Part shown: positions 26,649 to 35,025 of the stretch, piece after piece | How the letters are laid out: each line of letters begins with the position of its first letter | How positions within the stretch are numbered: position 1 is the first letter of the stretch | Virus record (IMG/VR): IMGVR_UViG_3300027653_000016 | Coordinates: 1 to 49,245 of that record | DNA from: a virus | Lineage: Duplodnaviria > Caudoviricetes | DNA: 49,245 bases | Reading direction: 5' to 3' (one strand) | Program-made: the position numbers and the translations under genes | Notes under the pieces: model-generated | The model's input: only the letters and a program-made list of their open reading frames with translations | The model's database searches: none | Told to the model about the DNA's origin: nothing

Positions 26649-26851
26649 ACGCCGTAGCAATCATCAGCATCGTCGGAGTCCTCGCGCTTGGCTGGTACCT
26701 CATGCGACGTAACGCTGTACTCGGGCTACTTGCCCTCGGCACCGGAATCGTCAGCGCCGTAGCGGCATTCGGACTGACCGACTTCGTCACATCAATCCCG
26801 CCAGCGCTGGCTAACGGAGTCTCGGCCGTACTCAACGGAGTAGGGTCATGA
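26645..26851 (+). CDS. Small two-TM Spd-like membrane protein
   Basis: AAGGAG RBS; ATGA overlaps on both sides; hydrophobic. Confidence 0.75.
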   Translation: MNAVAIISIVGVLALGWYLMRRNAVLGLLALGTGIVSAVAAFGLTDFVTSIPPALANGVSAVLNGVGS

Positions 26852-28245
26852 CCAGGACAAACACGCGCGACGACCTGTTCGACGGCGTCGAGATACCCCG
26901 AAAACCCGAACCCGAAGCGGCGAAACCCGACACCACCACTGCGAACGCCCGAAGCCGCACCCGGTCAAGACGCGACACACAACCCGACGGCGTCCCCGCC
27001 GCACGTCTCGCCACCTGGGCAGGGTCACTACTCGGTGCCGTGCTGATCGTCATCGCATGGTCAATATCGGTATGGCTCGTCGCCGCACTCGCCGCCGTAT
27101 TCGTGGTCGCGATGATCGCGGCCGGAATCGTGCATGCACGCCGAAACCGCCGTGCGAAGCGACGCCGTAGCCAGCGTGACCGCGGGTCCCGGTACGGGAT
27201 GAATTCACGATCTCACGGTCACGGCCGTGGCGGTGGTGGTGCACGCGGCGCCCTCGGCCGCCTCCGCAGCAAGCTCGGCTTCGGCGGCAGTAAGAACGGC
27301 GGCCGTGGCGGTGGCCCCGGTTCGGGCGGGCGGAACGGCCAAGCACGCGGCGGGAAACTCAACCCGAAAAACTGGGGAAAACGAGGTAAAACCGCAGGCC
27401 AAGGCGGACAAACAGCAGCGTCAACCGGTGCACGAACCCGCGGCAAAAAGGGTCGCGGCGGTGCCGGAAAGTCCGGGAAAACCAGCGGATCATCGCCTGT
27501 CGGGTCCGGTCGATCTTCTCGACGAAGCGGCGGATCCGGGAAAACCAGCGGAGCTGGACGGTCACCACGAACCGGGGGGTCCGGCGGAGGTAGCGGAATC
27601 ACAACACGAAACCGAAGCCGACGACGCCGCGATACTGACCCCATGACAGACAGAACGTACAGCGCACGGCCCGGTTTTTGGGCCCGACGCCGACTCCGCA
27701 AACAAGCCGAACACGAAGCCCAACAACAGGCCGACACCACCACCGATGACACGAAGAAGAACGAGGTGAAAGAAGAAGCCAAAGAAGAGCACAAGCACGA
27801 CGTATACGGGGACGATTTCCCGTTCGACGACGGCGGATTCCCCGTGTACGAGCCCGCCAAACAAACAAACAAACAAACCCTCACCAGCACAAACACGTAT
27901 GACGACACGCCGATAGACGACATGGGGTTCCCCATGTACGAACCAAAGAAACGAGAGGAAAAACCAATGAGCGACGACATCATCTCCGCACCCACCGAAG
28001 ACCCACGCACGCGACTAAGCAAGGGATATCTGCGTATCGCAGCTGAGGCTGAGGAAAAAGCCAAAAAGTCAAAAACGCGCGCGGATGAACTGGAAAAAGA
28101 AGCTGCGATCTACAGCCGGTGTGGGATGGACGATGCCTACCTAGAGGCCAAACGAATGCACACAAAAATGACCGACGCCCACCAAGAATACCTAGGCGCC
28201 AAAGCAGCAGCAGAAGCAAAAGCCGCCAAGGTCAAATCTTTCTAA
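26848..28245 (+). CDS. Membrane protein with Gly/Arg/Ser-rich region and helical C-terminus (Tra/Spd accessory)
   Basis: Two TM helices, low-complexity basic region, directly upstream of traB-like gene. Confidence 0.72.
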   Translation: MTRTNTRDDLFDGVEIPRKPEPEAAKPDTTTANARSRTRSRRDTQPDGVPAARLATWAGSLLGAVLIVIAWSISVWLVAALAAVFVVAMIAAGIVHARRNRRAKRRRSQRDRGSRYGMNSRSHGHGRGGGGARGALGRLRSKLGFGGSKNGGRGGGPGSGGRNGQARGGKLNPKNWGKRGKTAGQGGQTAASTGARTRGKKGRGGAGKSGKTSGSSPVGSGRSSRRSGGSGKTSGAGRSPRTGGSGGGSGITTRNRSRRRRDTDPMTDRTYSARPGFWARRRLRKQAEHEAQQQADTTTDDTKKNEVKEEAKEEHKHDVYGDDFPFDDGGFPVYEPAKQTNKQTLTSTNTYDDTPIDDMGFPMYEPKKREEKPMSDDIISAPTEDPRTRLSKGYLRIAAEAEEKAKKSKTRADELEKEAAIYSRCGMDDAYLEAKRMHTKMTDAHQEYLGAKAAAEAKAAKVKSF

Positions 28246-28259
28246 CCACCACACACATC

Positions 28260-28292
28260 GACGGTGACCAGGCAATATACCTGGTCACCGTC
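28260..28292. promoter_or_regulatory. 13-bp perfect inverted repeat upstream of traB RBS
   Basis: GACGGTGACCAGG-CAATATA-CCTGGTCACCGTC. Confidence 0.6.
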
Positions 28293-28309
28293 TCTACTGG
28301 AGACACAAA

Positions 28310-30358
28310 ATGATCGAGTGGAAACTATTTTGGACGCTCTTGGGTGCAGCACTATCCATATCCGCGGCCCTCCTATCCATGACCGAATCCGTCCCCGTAT
28401 GGGCCATCATCCCCGTCATCATCACCGCAGTTGTCGCCGTGGTAATCATCGGACAAAACATCATCGATTCCTGCCGGCGCTTCGCGGACACTGCGACATG
28501 GCAGCGCCGCCGAATCTGGATCGGCACCAACGCCACCGCCATCACCTACGCCGCATGGACCATCACCGCCTCCCTCGTGACACCCACATGGCAGACCATC
28601 ATGGCGCTAACGTTCGCGCTGGTCATCATCACCGTCGGCACCTACTGGGGCGCCCGCGGACTCGAATGGCGCCTCACGCACGTCGCCGAACCCGCCCGCG
28701 TCACACAGCCATCCACCGACCCGCTCCTCACCAAACGCGAGCTAGTAATGGCCGCGGCTCTCGACCGCGCCGGATACGGATACGCCCGGGTCCTACCCGA
28801 CGCCACCCGACTACGCGATAACGCCGGCTGGAAATTCCGTCTCCGTACACAATCCACAAAAATGGTTAAGAAAGACCAGCGCACAGGCGCAAGCCATAAA
28901 CTATCGAGTGAGGCCGCCGAGCCGATCGCGATCGCGCTGCAGGAAATCACCGGCAAACAAATAAACTCAGACTGGGTACGAATCCGCAAAGAAAAGGGCG
29001 CCGGAATCTACTCCATGACCGTCTTGAACTATGACGTCATGGCCGAGGTCATCCCCTATGTCGACGACCCGACACCCACCAGCGTCACCACGCCCGCCCT
29101 CATCGGAATCGAAATCGACGGCACACCCAGGTACGAGCGCCTCGATTCCCACCAGCGCGACATCGGATCGACACGGTCAGGTAAATCGTCACTCCTGCAC
29201 CTCAAGCTCGCGCACCTGACACGCTGCGAAGACGCAATCGTGTGGATCGGCGGCACCGAAAAAGTCTATGACCTGGTCGCTGGTTGGCTCGAACCCTACG
29301 AAAACACCGGACTACGACCCCCGATTGACTGGGTCGCCAACGGAGTAACCGACATGCTGCACATGATGACCGCTCTCATGCGAGTGGCACGCTGGCGGCA
29401 AGCGCAGCCCTACAGCCAGCGGAAATGGCGCACCATCATCCTAATTTTGGACGAATTCTCATTCGCCGCGGAAAACACACAAATCCGGATCGAGTACGAC
29501 TACGAGCACCACACCGTGTCCAGTATGGCCGCGAACCTGCTGCGCGCAGCCGCGTCCGGACAAGGCTTCGGACATTTCGCTGCACAGCAATCCACCATCG
29601 ACAATTTCGGTACCGAAGGAAGCAAGGTCATCGCGAACATGCACACGAATCATGCGTTCGCCAGCAAAGATTTCGCAGAGATCGGGCGACAGACCGGTGA
29701 CTACGCACTACCCATACCCACACATAAAGGCGAATTCTATTCGTTTGGTGAGGACGCCGATGTCATCCACCTAAAAGCGCCCTACATCCAAACCACCGAC
29801 CCATCAAAGCCGAAGCTGCATGATGGCGCGACAGTCTCCGATATCGCCTGGGCGCGTCGACACATCGACCACACGCCACTGACCGTCAGCGAAGGCGCCG
29901 AAGCCGCCGGGTACGCCTATGCCCAGCGACACCAGTACGTCGACGCCGCATACCTCGACTACCTGACCAGCATGGAACCGACACCCACCAGCACGGGCGG
30001 TAACGACACTGCCAGGAAAAACACCGCCGACAAAGCGTACGAGCGGGAAATGGCGAAATTCGAACAGGAACTAGCCGAAGCGGGCATAGACATCCGCCCC
30101 GACACCGAGCAGCCGAAGGCAGAAGTTGTCGAACGCGCTCCCGCGATCGTCGTAGCGGCGCCGCGTGAGTCACGTGATGAACGCATATGCCGCATCCTCA
30201 CCACCGCCGACGACGACGGTATGAACGCGCAAGACATCGCCGAAGCGCTCGCCGGAGAGGGTGACAAATGCTCCACGGCCGTGGTGTCGTCGACGCTGTC
30301 ACGTCTCGCCCGCGCCGAGAAAATTCAGCGCGTATCCACCGGCCACTACACCGCCTAG
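28310..30358 (+). CDS. traB: FtsK/SpoIIIE-family TraB-like conjugative DNA translocase
   Basis: Four N-terminal TM helices, Walker A GSTRSGKS, Walker B LILDE, AAQQ motif, C-terminal winged HTH. Confidence 0.82.
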   Translation: MIEWKLFWTLLGAALSISAALLSMTESVPVWAIIPVIITAVVAVVIIGQNIIDSCRRFADTATWQRRRIWIGTNATAITYAAWTITASLVTPTWQTIMALTFALVIITVGTYWGARGLEWRLTHVAEPARVTQPSTDPLLTKRELVMAAALDRAGYGYARVLPDATRLRDNAGWKFRLRTQSTKMVKKDQRTGASHKLSSEAAEPIAIALQEITGKQINSDWVRIRKEKGAGIYSMTVLNYDVMAEVIPYVDDPTPTSVTTPALIGIEIDGTPRYERLDSHQRDIGSTRSGKSSLLHLKLAHLTRCEDAIVWIGGTEKVYDLVAGWLEPYENTGLRPPIDWVANGVTDMLHMMTALMRVARWRQAQPYSQRKWRTIILILDEFSFAAENTQIRIEYDYEHHTVSSMAANLLRAAASGQGFGHFAAQQSTIDNFGTEGSKVIANMHTNHAFASKDFAEIGRQTGDYALPIPTHKGEFYSFGEDADVIHLKAPYIQTTDPSKPKLHDGATVSDIAWARRHIDHTPLTVSEGAEAAGYAYAQRHQYVDAAYLDYLTSMEPTPTSTGGNDTARKNTADKAYEREMAKFEQELAEAGIDIRPDTEQPKAEVVERAPAIVVAAPRESRDERICRILTTADDDGMNAQDIAEALAGEGDKCSTAVVSSTLSRLARAEKIQRVSTGHYTA

Positions 30359-30453
30359 CGAACAAACGAACAAACAAACAGCCCTGTGGGGGGGGTCTAC
30401 GTGGTAAAACATCCACAGTTACACCGCATGGTGTACCGTGTTTGTTTGTTTGA
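30359..30453. repeat. Candidate clt (transfer locus): inverted AAAC arrays
   Basis: CGAACAAACGAACAAACAAACA ... TGTTTGTTTGTTTG immediately after traB. Confidence 0.6.
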
Positions 30454-30476
30454 CCCACCACGAAAGGACACCCACC

Positions 30477-30746
30477 ATGACCACCACCACCGCAATCATG
30501 GGCGCTGACATGACCGACCGCGACCGCGCCCTACAAGAGCTCACGTCCCGCATAGAAGAACTGATCTACATCGACGTCAACTTCGCCGACATCTCCGAAT
30601 CCATCGTGGCTGCGATTCGCGGCGCATACAGCACACCCGTGGGTCGACAGTGTGCAGCCTCAGCAATCGCTTTCGACCTGGCTTACATGGTGTGCAGCAA
30701 CGAAGTTGTAGACATACCGACGCGTGACGTGGGATTCGCCGGCTAA
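30477..30746 (+). CDS. Hypothetical protein
   Basis: CCACCACGAAAGGA RBS. Confidence 0.68.
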   Translation: MTTTTAIMGADMTDRDRALQELTSRIEELIYIDVNFADISESIVAAIRGAYSTPVGRQCAASAIAFDLAYMVCSNEVVDIPTRDVGFAG

Positions 30747-30822
30747 CGACCTGTCCGTATTACTGTCCCTACCTGCATGTTTGCGGGTAGGGATATTTTT
30801 TTGGGAAAAACATAGGAGGGGG

Positions 30823-30852
30823 TTGCGCAACGTTGCGCAAGTGATGTATAGT
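30823..30852 (+). promoter_or_regulatory. Promoter with 18-bp palindromic operator
   Basis: TTGCGCAACGTTGCGCAA followed by TATAGT. Confidence 0.78.
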
Positions 30853-30888
30853 GGTGAACATAGCGCAAAACGAAAGGAAGCAAAAACA

Positions 30889-31278
30889 ATGATCAACCGC
30901 CACGAAGTCGAAAACTACCTCGGCCCCGCACTCGACGAACTCAACGAAGAACAAATCGACGAACTCATCACCGAATTCCAAGACATCGCCCACAGGTACG
31001 ACGAGGACGACCCCTCCCGCGAAGCCGCATGGGCCGCCGCCGTGGAATACATGCTCGGAAACACCAACGCCGACCAGGCCAGCGACGACTACCGGAAAGC
31101 GGATCTCGAGCGCAAGAAAACGCTCGCCGCTGCTATCCAAGTGACACACATGTCAGGAATGACTCACAGCGCAGCAGCTCAGCGTATTGGCATCAGCCGA
31201 AACACTCTGCGCAGCTACCTCGGAAACAAAAAGAAAAACATCGCCCGAAAGAAACGACTATTGAATGTAGTCAAGTAG
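30889..31278 (+). CDS. C-terminal HTH DNA-binding protein
   Basis: GMTHSAAAQRIGISRNTLRSYLG; GAAAGGA RBS. Confidence 0.82.
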   Translation: MINRHEVENYLGPALDELNEEQIDELITEFQDIAHRYDEDDPSREAAWAAAVEYMLGNTNADQASDDYRKADLERKKTLAAAIQVTHMSGMTHSAAAQRIGISRNTLRSYLGNKKKNIARKKRLLNVVK

Positions 31279-31321
31279 CCACAATTATCTAGTACACACC
31301 ACCACGAAAGGAACACCAACA

Positions 31322-31624
31322 ATGATCACCAAAACACTCAACATGAACGAATTCGGTTTTGACAGCATCTACGAACACATCGAAATCTGCATCTCCGAAC
31401 GCGGACTAACCATGGACGATGTCAACGTCGCGGCGACCGCACAAGACTGGATCGACCACGGCTGCCGCCAGCTTTCAGGCAGCGCCATCATCGGAGTAGA
31501 CACCATCACAATCTGCGCAGAAGACTACAGCGAGTACAAGCACACACGCTCCCAGGTCCGCAACTACTTCGAGCACGACGACGAAATTTTCGACATCATC
31601 GACAACAACATCATCGAATACTGA
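31322..31624 (+). CDS. Acidic hypothetical protein
   Basis: CCACCACGAAAGGAAC RBS. Confidence 0.75.
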   Translation: MITKTLNMNEFGFDSIYEHIEICISERGLTMDDVNVAATAQDWIDHGCRQLSGSAIIGVDTITICAEDYSEYKHTRSQVRNYFEHDDEIFDIIDNNIIEY

Positions 31625-31681
31625 ATCCAGCGACCGGGGGCGGCATGCCCGCCCCCCCCCGCCACGAAAGGAACACCCACC

Positions 31682-32098
31682 ATGCGCGACAGCGAACTCA
31701 CCAACGAACCGGGATCAAACCTCCGAGGAAAATCAGTCGAAGTCGACTGGGACATCATCACCCAAAACGGCATCCTCGACAGCGAAGAAACTGACCGATT
31801 CCGAGCACACCAGAGCCTGGATGCCATTTTTTTTGAGCACGTCGGATCCAAAATCTACCGGCTGACGAACGAACAGGAAGAACGCGCGATCAAGCGTTTC
31901 GCTCAGATCGCGATGGAGTACGACGACGGCTACTGGATCGATGTGCGCCACGGACGCATCTACATCGATGCAGATACCGAAGACGAATACCTAGAAGGAA
32001 TCGCCGCCGCCGCGATCCAGCTGATCGACTCTGACAGCGGATACCGCAACGCTATAGAGGCATACAACGAGATCAACGGAAACTGCTCCGCCCGGTAG
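31682..32098 (+). CDS. Acidic hypothetical protein
   Basis: CCACGAAAGGAAC RBS. Confidence 0.75.
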   Translation: MRDSELTNEPGSNLRGKSVEVDWDIITQNGILDSEETDRFRAHQSLDAIFFEHVGSKIYRLTNEQEERAIKRFAQIAMEYDDGYWIDVRHGRIYIDADTEDEYLEGIAAAAIQLIDSDSGYRNAIEAYNEINGNCSAR

Positions 32099-32236
32099 AC
32101 ACAAAAATAACGAATTCGACAAATAACAAACACCGGGGCGGGAGAAATCCCGCCCCATCAGGCACCGAAAGCGACACCATGCGGACAACCATCAAAGCAA
32201 CAGTCGCGACTGCATCAGAAAATTAGGAGACAGTAA

Positions 32237-32467
32237 ATGACAGTCCAGTCTGTCAACCAGGATTGCTATCCGGGGCGAGAGAAATACGTGGCCCGGGTCC
32301 GCTGCGACGGGTGCGAGACCACCAAAGACGTAGCGGGCGACGGGAACGCGACTGACCACCGGGTACGGAAAATCATCGCCCGGTCAGGATGGGTGACTGA
32401 GCCCGACCGTTTCGACACGCGTAAACGGCCCGGGCGGCTGGACTACTGTCCCGACTGCCAATGGTAA
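32237..32467 (+). CDS. Zn-finger protein
   Basis: CDGC...GW...DYCPDC; AGGAG RBS. Confidence 0.72.
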   Translation: MTVQSVNQDCYPGREKYVARVRCDGCETTKDVAGDGNATDHRVRKIIARSGWVTEPDRFDTRKRPGRLDYCPDCQW

Positions 32468-32581
32468 GGAAGGCGCCCAGGCCACACGGGGGGTACACCT
32501 GGGCGCCTACCAGCGGAAACAGTACCTACATCGGATAACTGTCACCACTAAATTACAATACAGCCAAGACGGGGCCATGCC

Positions 32582-34141
32582 CTAAAGGTCACGAGGAAGC
32601 CGTCCATACCAGGGGCGCATTCGCTCCCACACCCGTGCCGCGGCCATGACCATCTCGTCACAACCGCGCGCACCCACAATCTGCATACCCACCGGCATAC
32701 CGTCATAGCAACCCGCTGGCAGCGAGACGGCGGGATCACCGGTCCAGTTCTGAAGCGCTGTGCAGCACCACCCCAGCTGAGGATTGATCGGGACGCCATT
32801 AATCTCTGACGGGCCGACCGTGGAACCGTCGCCCGCGTTCGGTAGCCGCTGCGGCAGGCACGCGATCGCCGGCCCCACGATCAGGTCATACCCGGACGGG
32901 TTGTCGTTCACGGACCATAGCGCCGCGAACGTGTCGCGTATCGCCTGCGAATCCGACTCCACATCGCGAATGTCGGTCGCTTTGAGTTCGAAGCCGAGAT
33001 TTATGAGTTCGAGAATTTTCGGCGTGAGCACTGATGGGTCGTACATGACGTCGATACCCATCGCCCCGAAATAATTCACAATGGAGCCTGCGTAGAGGCT
33101 GCCCATCCCGTACTCGAACATCTCGACCACGTCGTCGACGTTCACGGGGCGGCCGCGTATCGGCATCATCGCCTCCGACAGCCCAAGATGCACCGGCTCT
33201 ACGGTCGCCCCCGCCTGCTCGAAAGCGCAGATGTTGTCGTCGATGACGCTCTTGACTTCGTCTTCGACTGGGTAGATATCCCAGTCCAGCGTGTACCCAA
33301 TACGCAGGCCACGCACGCCCGCCTCAAGGTTGCGCTCGCATTCGAGTGGCTTGAGCTGGCCGAATGGGTCGGGACTGTAAGGAACTGACATGAGATCGCC
33401 CAGTACCGCCGCGCCGTACACGGTCCGGTCGATCGGCCCCACATGCAACAGCGGGTTCACCGGGAACGGAGGAACCCCCTGCGTAATCCGGTTGTACGAA
33501 GGCTTCCAGCCCACCACGCCACAAGGAGCCGCGGGTATACGAACCGAACCGCCCGCATCACTACCCTCAGTCGACGCGACCAGGAACGCTGCCGCCGCCG
33601 CGGCCGAACCCCCCGACGAACCTCCGGCGTTGTAGCCGATCCGAAACGGCGTAGACGTGTCTCCCCACGCCGGCGACGCAGTGATGCCTTTATGCCCGAA
33701 TTCGCACGTCGCCGTCTTACCCAGGGATATCGCTCCCGCTTCGAACAGCCGGCGGTTATATATCGCGTCCGCCGGCGGCAAAAACTCATACCTCTCTTTG
33801 AACACGCGGCTACCGAAGGTGTTCCTTACGCCTTCTTCCCAGTCGAACAGGTCTTTCGTCGCGATAGGGAGCCCTTCGAGCCGTCGGGCGGTACCGTTCG
33901 CGTAGCGCGCGTCCGCCGCGACCGCTTGATCCATCGCCTTATCGATCTGCGTCAGCACGAAGGCGTTAATCATCGGGTTGATGCGTTCGATACGTTCCGC
34001 ATACGCCTGCACCGCTTCGCTCGGTTTCACTTGCCCGCGGCGGAAATACTGCAGCAGGTCCCGCATCGGAAGAAACGGGATGTCTTCGAATTCGGGCGGG
34101 TTCGGCTGGCATGACTGCCACGCTGGCCAGCAATTTTGCAT
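32582..34141 (-). CDS. Amidase-signature (GatA-like) amidase
   Basis: PIATKD, GGSSGGSAAA, GSDAGGSVRIPA..CG, GMPVGMQIVG. Confidence 0.93.
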   Translation of the reverse strand: MQNCWPAWQSCQPNPPEFEDIPFLPMRDLLQYFRRGQVKPSEAVQAYAERIERINPMINAFVLTQIDKAMDQAVAADARYANGTARRLEGLPIATKDLFDWEEGVRNTFGSRVFKERYEFLPPADAIYNRRLFEAGAISLGKTATCEFGHKGITASPAWGDTSTPFRIGYNAGGSSGGSAAAAAAFLVASTEGSDAGGSVRIPAAPCGVVGWKPSYNRITQGVPPFPVNPLLHVGPIDRTVYGAAVLGDLMSVPYSPDPFGQLKPLECERNLEAGVRGLRIGYTLDWDIYPVEDEVKSVIDDNICAFEQAGATVEPVHLGLSEAMMPIRGRPVNVDDVVEMFEYGMGSLYAGSIVNYFGAMGIDVMYDPSVLTPKILELINLGFELKATDIRDVESDSQAIRDTFAALWSVNDNPSGYDLIVGPAIACLPQRLPNAGDGSTVGPSEINGVPINPQLGWCCTALQNWTGDPAVSLPAGCYDGMPVGMQIVGARGCDEMVMAAARVWERMRPWYGRLPRDL

Positions 34142-34279
34142 CGTAATCCCCTTCCGTAGGGATGATGTTGGTGTCGTATGTCTAGTGTCGCTCTATCGCC
34201 ATGTCGAGTGCGCCCCCGCCACCACGACATACCTGTCTTGACGTCATGTACCCAGCGTAGCGGCCGTAGCATGAGGTCC

Positions 34280-34564
34280 ATGGAAGATCAAAAACCCCCC
34301 GACAGAATCGCGCACCTGGTAGACAGCACTTTCCGCGACACACGCGCCTACATCACACGCCAACACCCCGAGCTCATCCACTCGCCAGACCGTGGCCGCG
34401 TCACATACCACGGGCACCGGGCCGAAATGTGGATAGACCGCGACACCCCATCGGTGATTGTCGTGGCAGTCAGCGAAGGCCACCACATGGACATCTACCG
34501 CACGACACTCACCGAATTTTTCGCCAACAGTAGCTACGAACCCGCAGAGGAATACGCATCATGA
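34280..34564 (+). CDS. Hypothetical protein
   Basis: ATG after TAGCAT -10; ATGA coupling to next gene. Confidence 0.6.
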   Translation: MEDQKPPDRIAHLVDSTFRDTRAYITRQHPELIHSPDRGRVTYHGHRAEMWIDRDTPSVIVVAVSEGHHMDIYRTTLTEFFANSSYEPAEEYAS

Positions 34565-34956
34565 ATCGACTGATCATGCGGCGTCGCCCACCAAAGAAAC
34601 CTGAGCCGCAGCAACGCTACGTTCTACCGCGCATACACACCATAGAAACCATGGACTGCGACCACGTGGACACGCCGCAACGTGTCATCGAGCAGACATA
34701 CGGGATCGAAGCATTTTTTCCGGCGCTGTCAGAGATGTTCTCCGAGGAATCGGTGACGGTGCGTGTCTATGCATCCCCCGCCGCCCGTGACTTGCTTGTC
34801 GCAATTCACGACGATATGGCGCAGGAAGGCAAGGTCGGTACAGTCCGCATCGGGGATGTACTGGGAAACATTGACGTCGTCGAACGAATGGGCCGAGACA
34901 TCCACGTCAACGACGAATACGCAGAAATTTTCTACCGCCACAATCACTCGAAATAG
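34561..34956 (+). CDS. Hypothetical protein
   Basis: GAGGA RBS, ATGA overlap. Confidence 0.65.
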   Translation: MNRLIMRRRPPKKPEPQQRYVLPRIHTIETMDCDHVDTPQRVIEQTYGIEAFFPALSEMFSEESVTVRVYASPAARDLLVAIHDDMAQEGKVGTVRIGDVLGNIDVVERMGRDIHVNDEYAEIFYRHNHSK

Positions 34957-35025
34957 AATCGGCGCCGCGTACAGCCGCGGCGCCGATACCGGCGTGGAGT
35001 CCGGTCGATGTTGACTACGGTGATC

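Noticed and set aside
28310-30358. Host FtsK, VirD4 coupling protein or packaging ATPase
   Set aside because: Terminase already present, no relaxase or T4SS genes, and the Spd/GntR context fits TraB better; not formally excluded without phylogeny
32582-34141. gatA or a peptidoglycan amidase lysin
   Set aside because: No gatC/gatB neighbours, and amidase-signature enzymes are a different fold from cell-wall amidases
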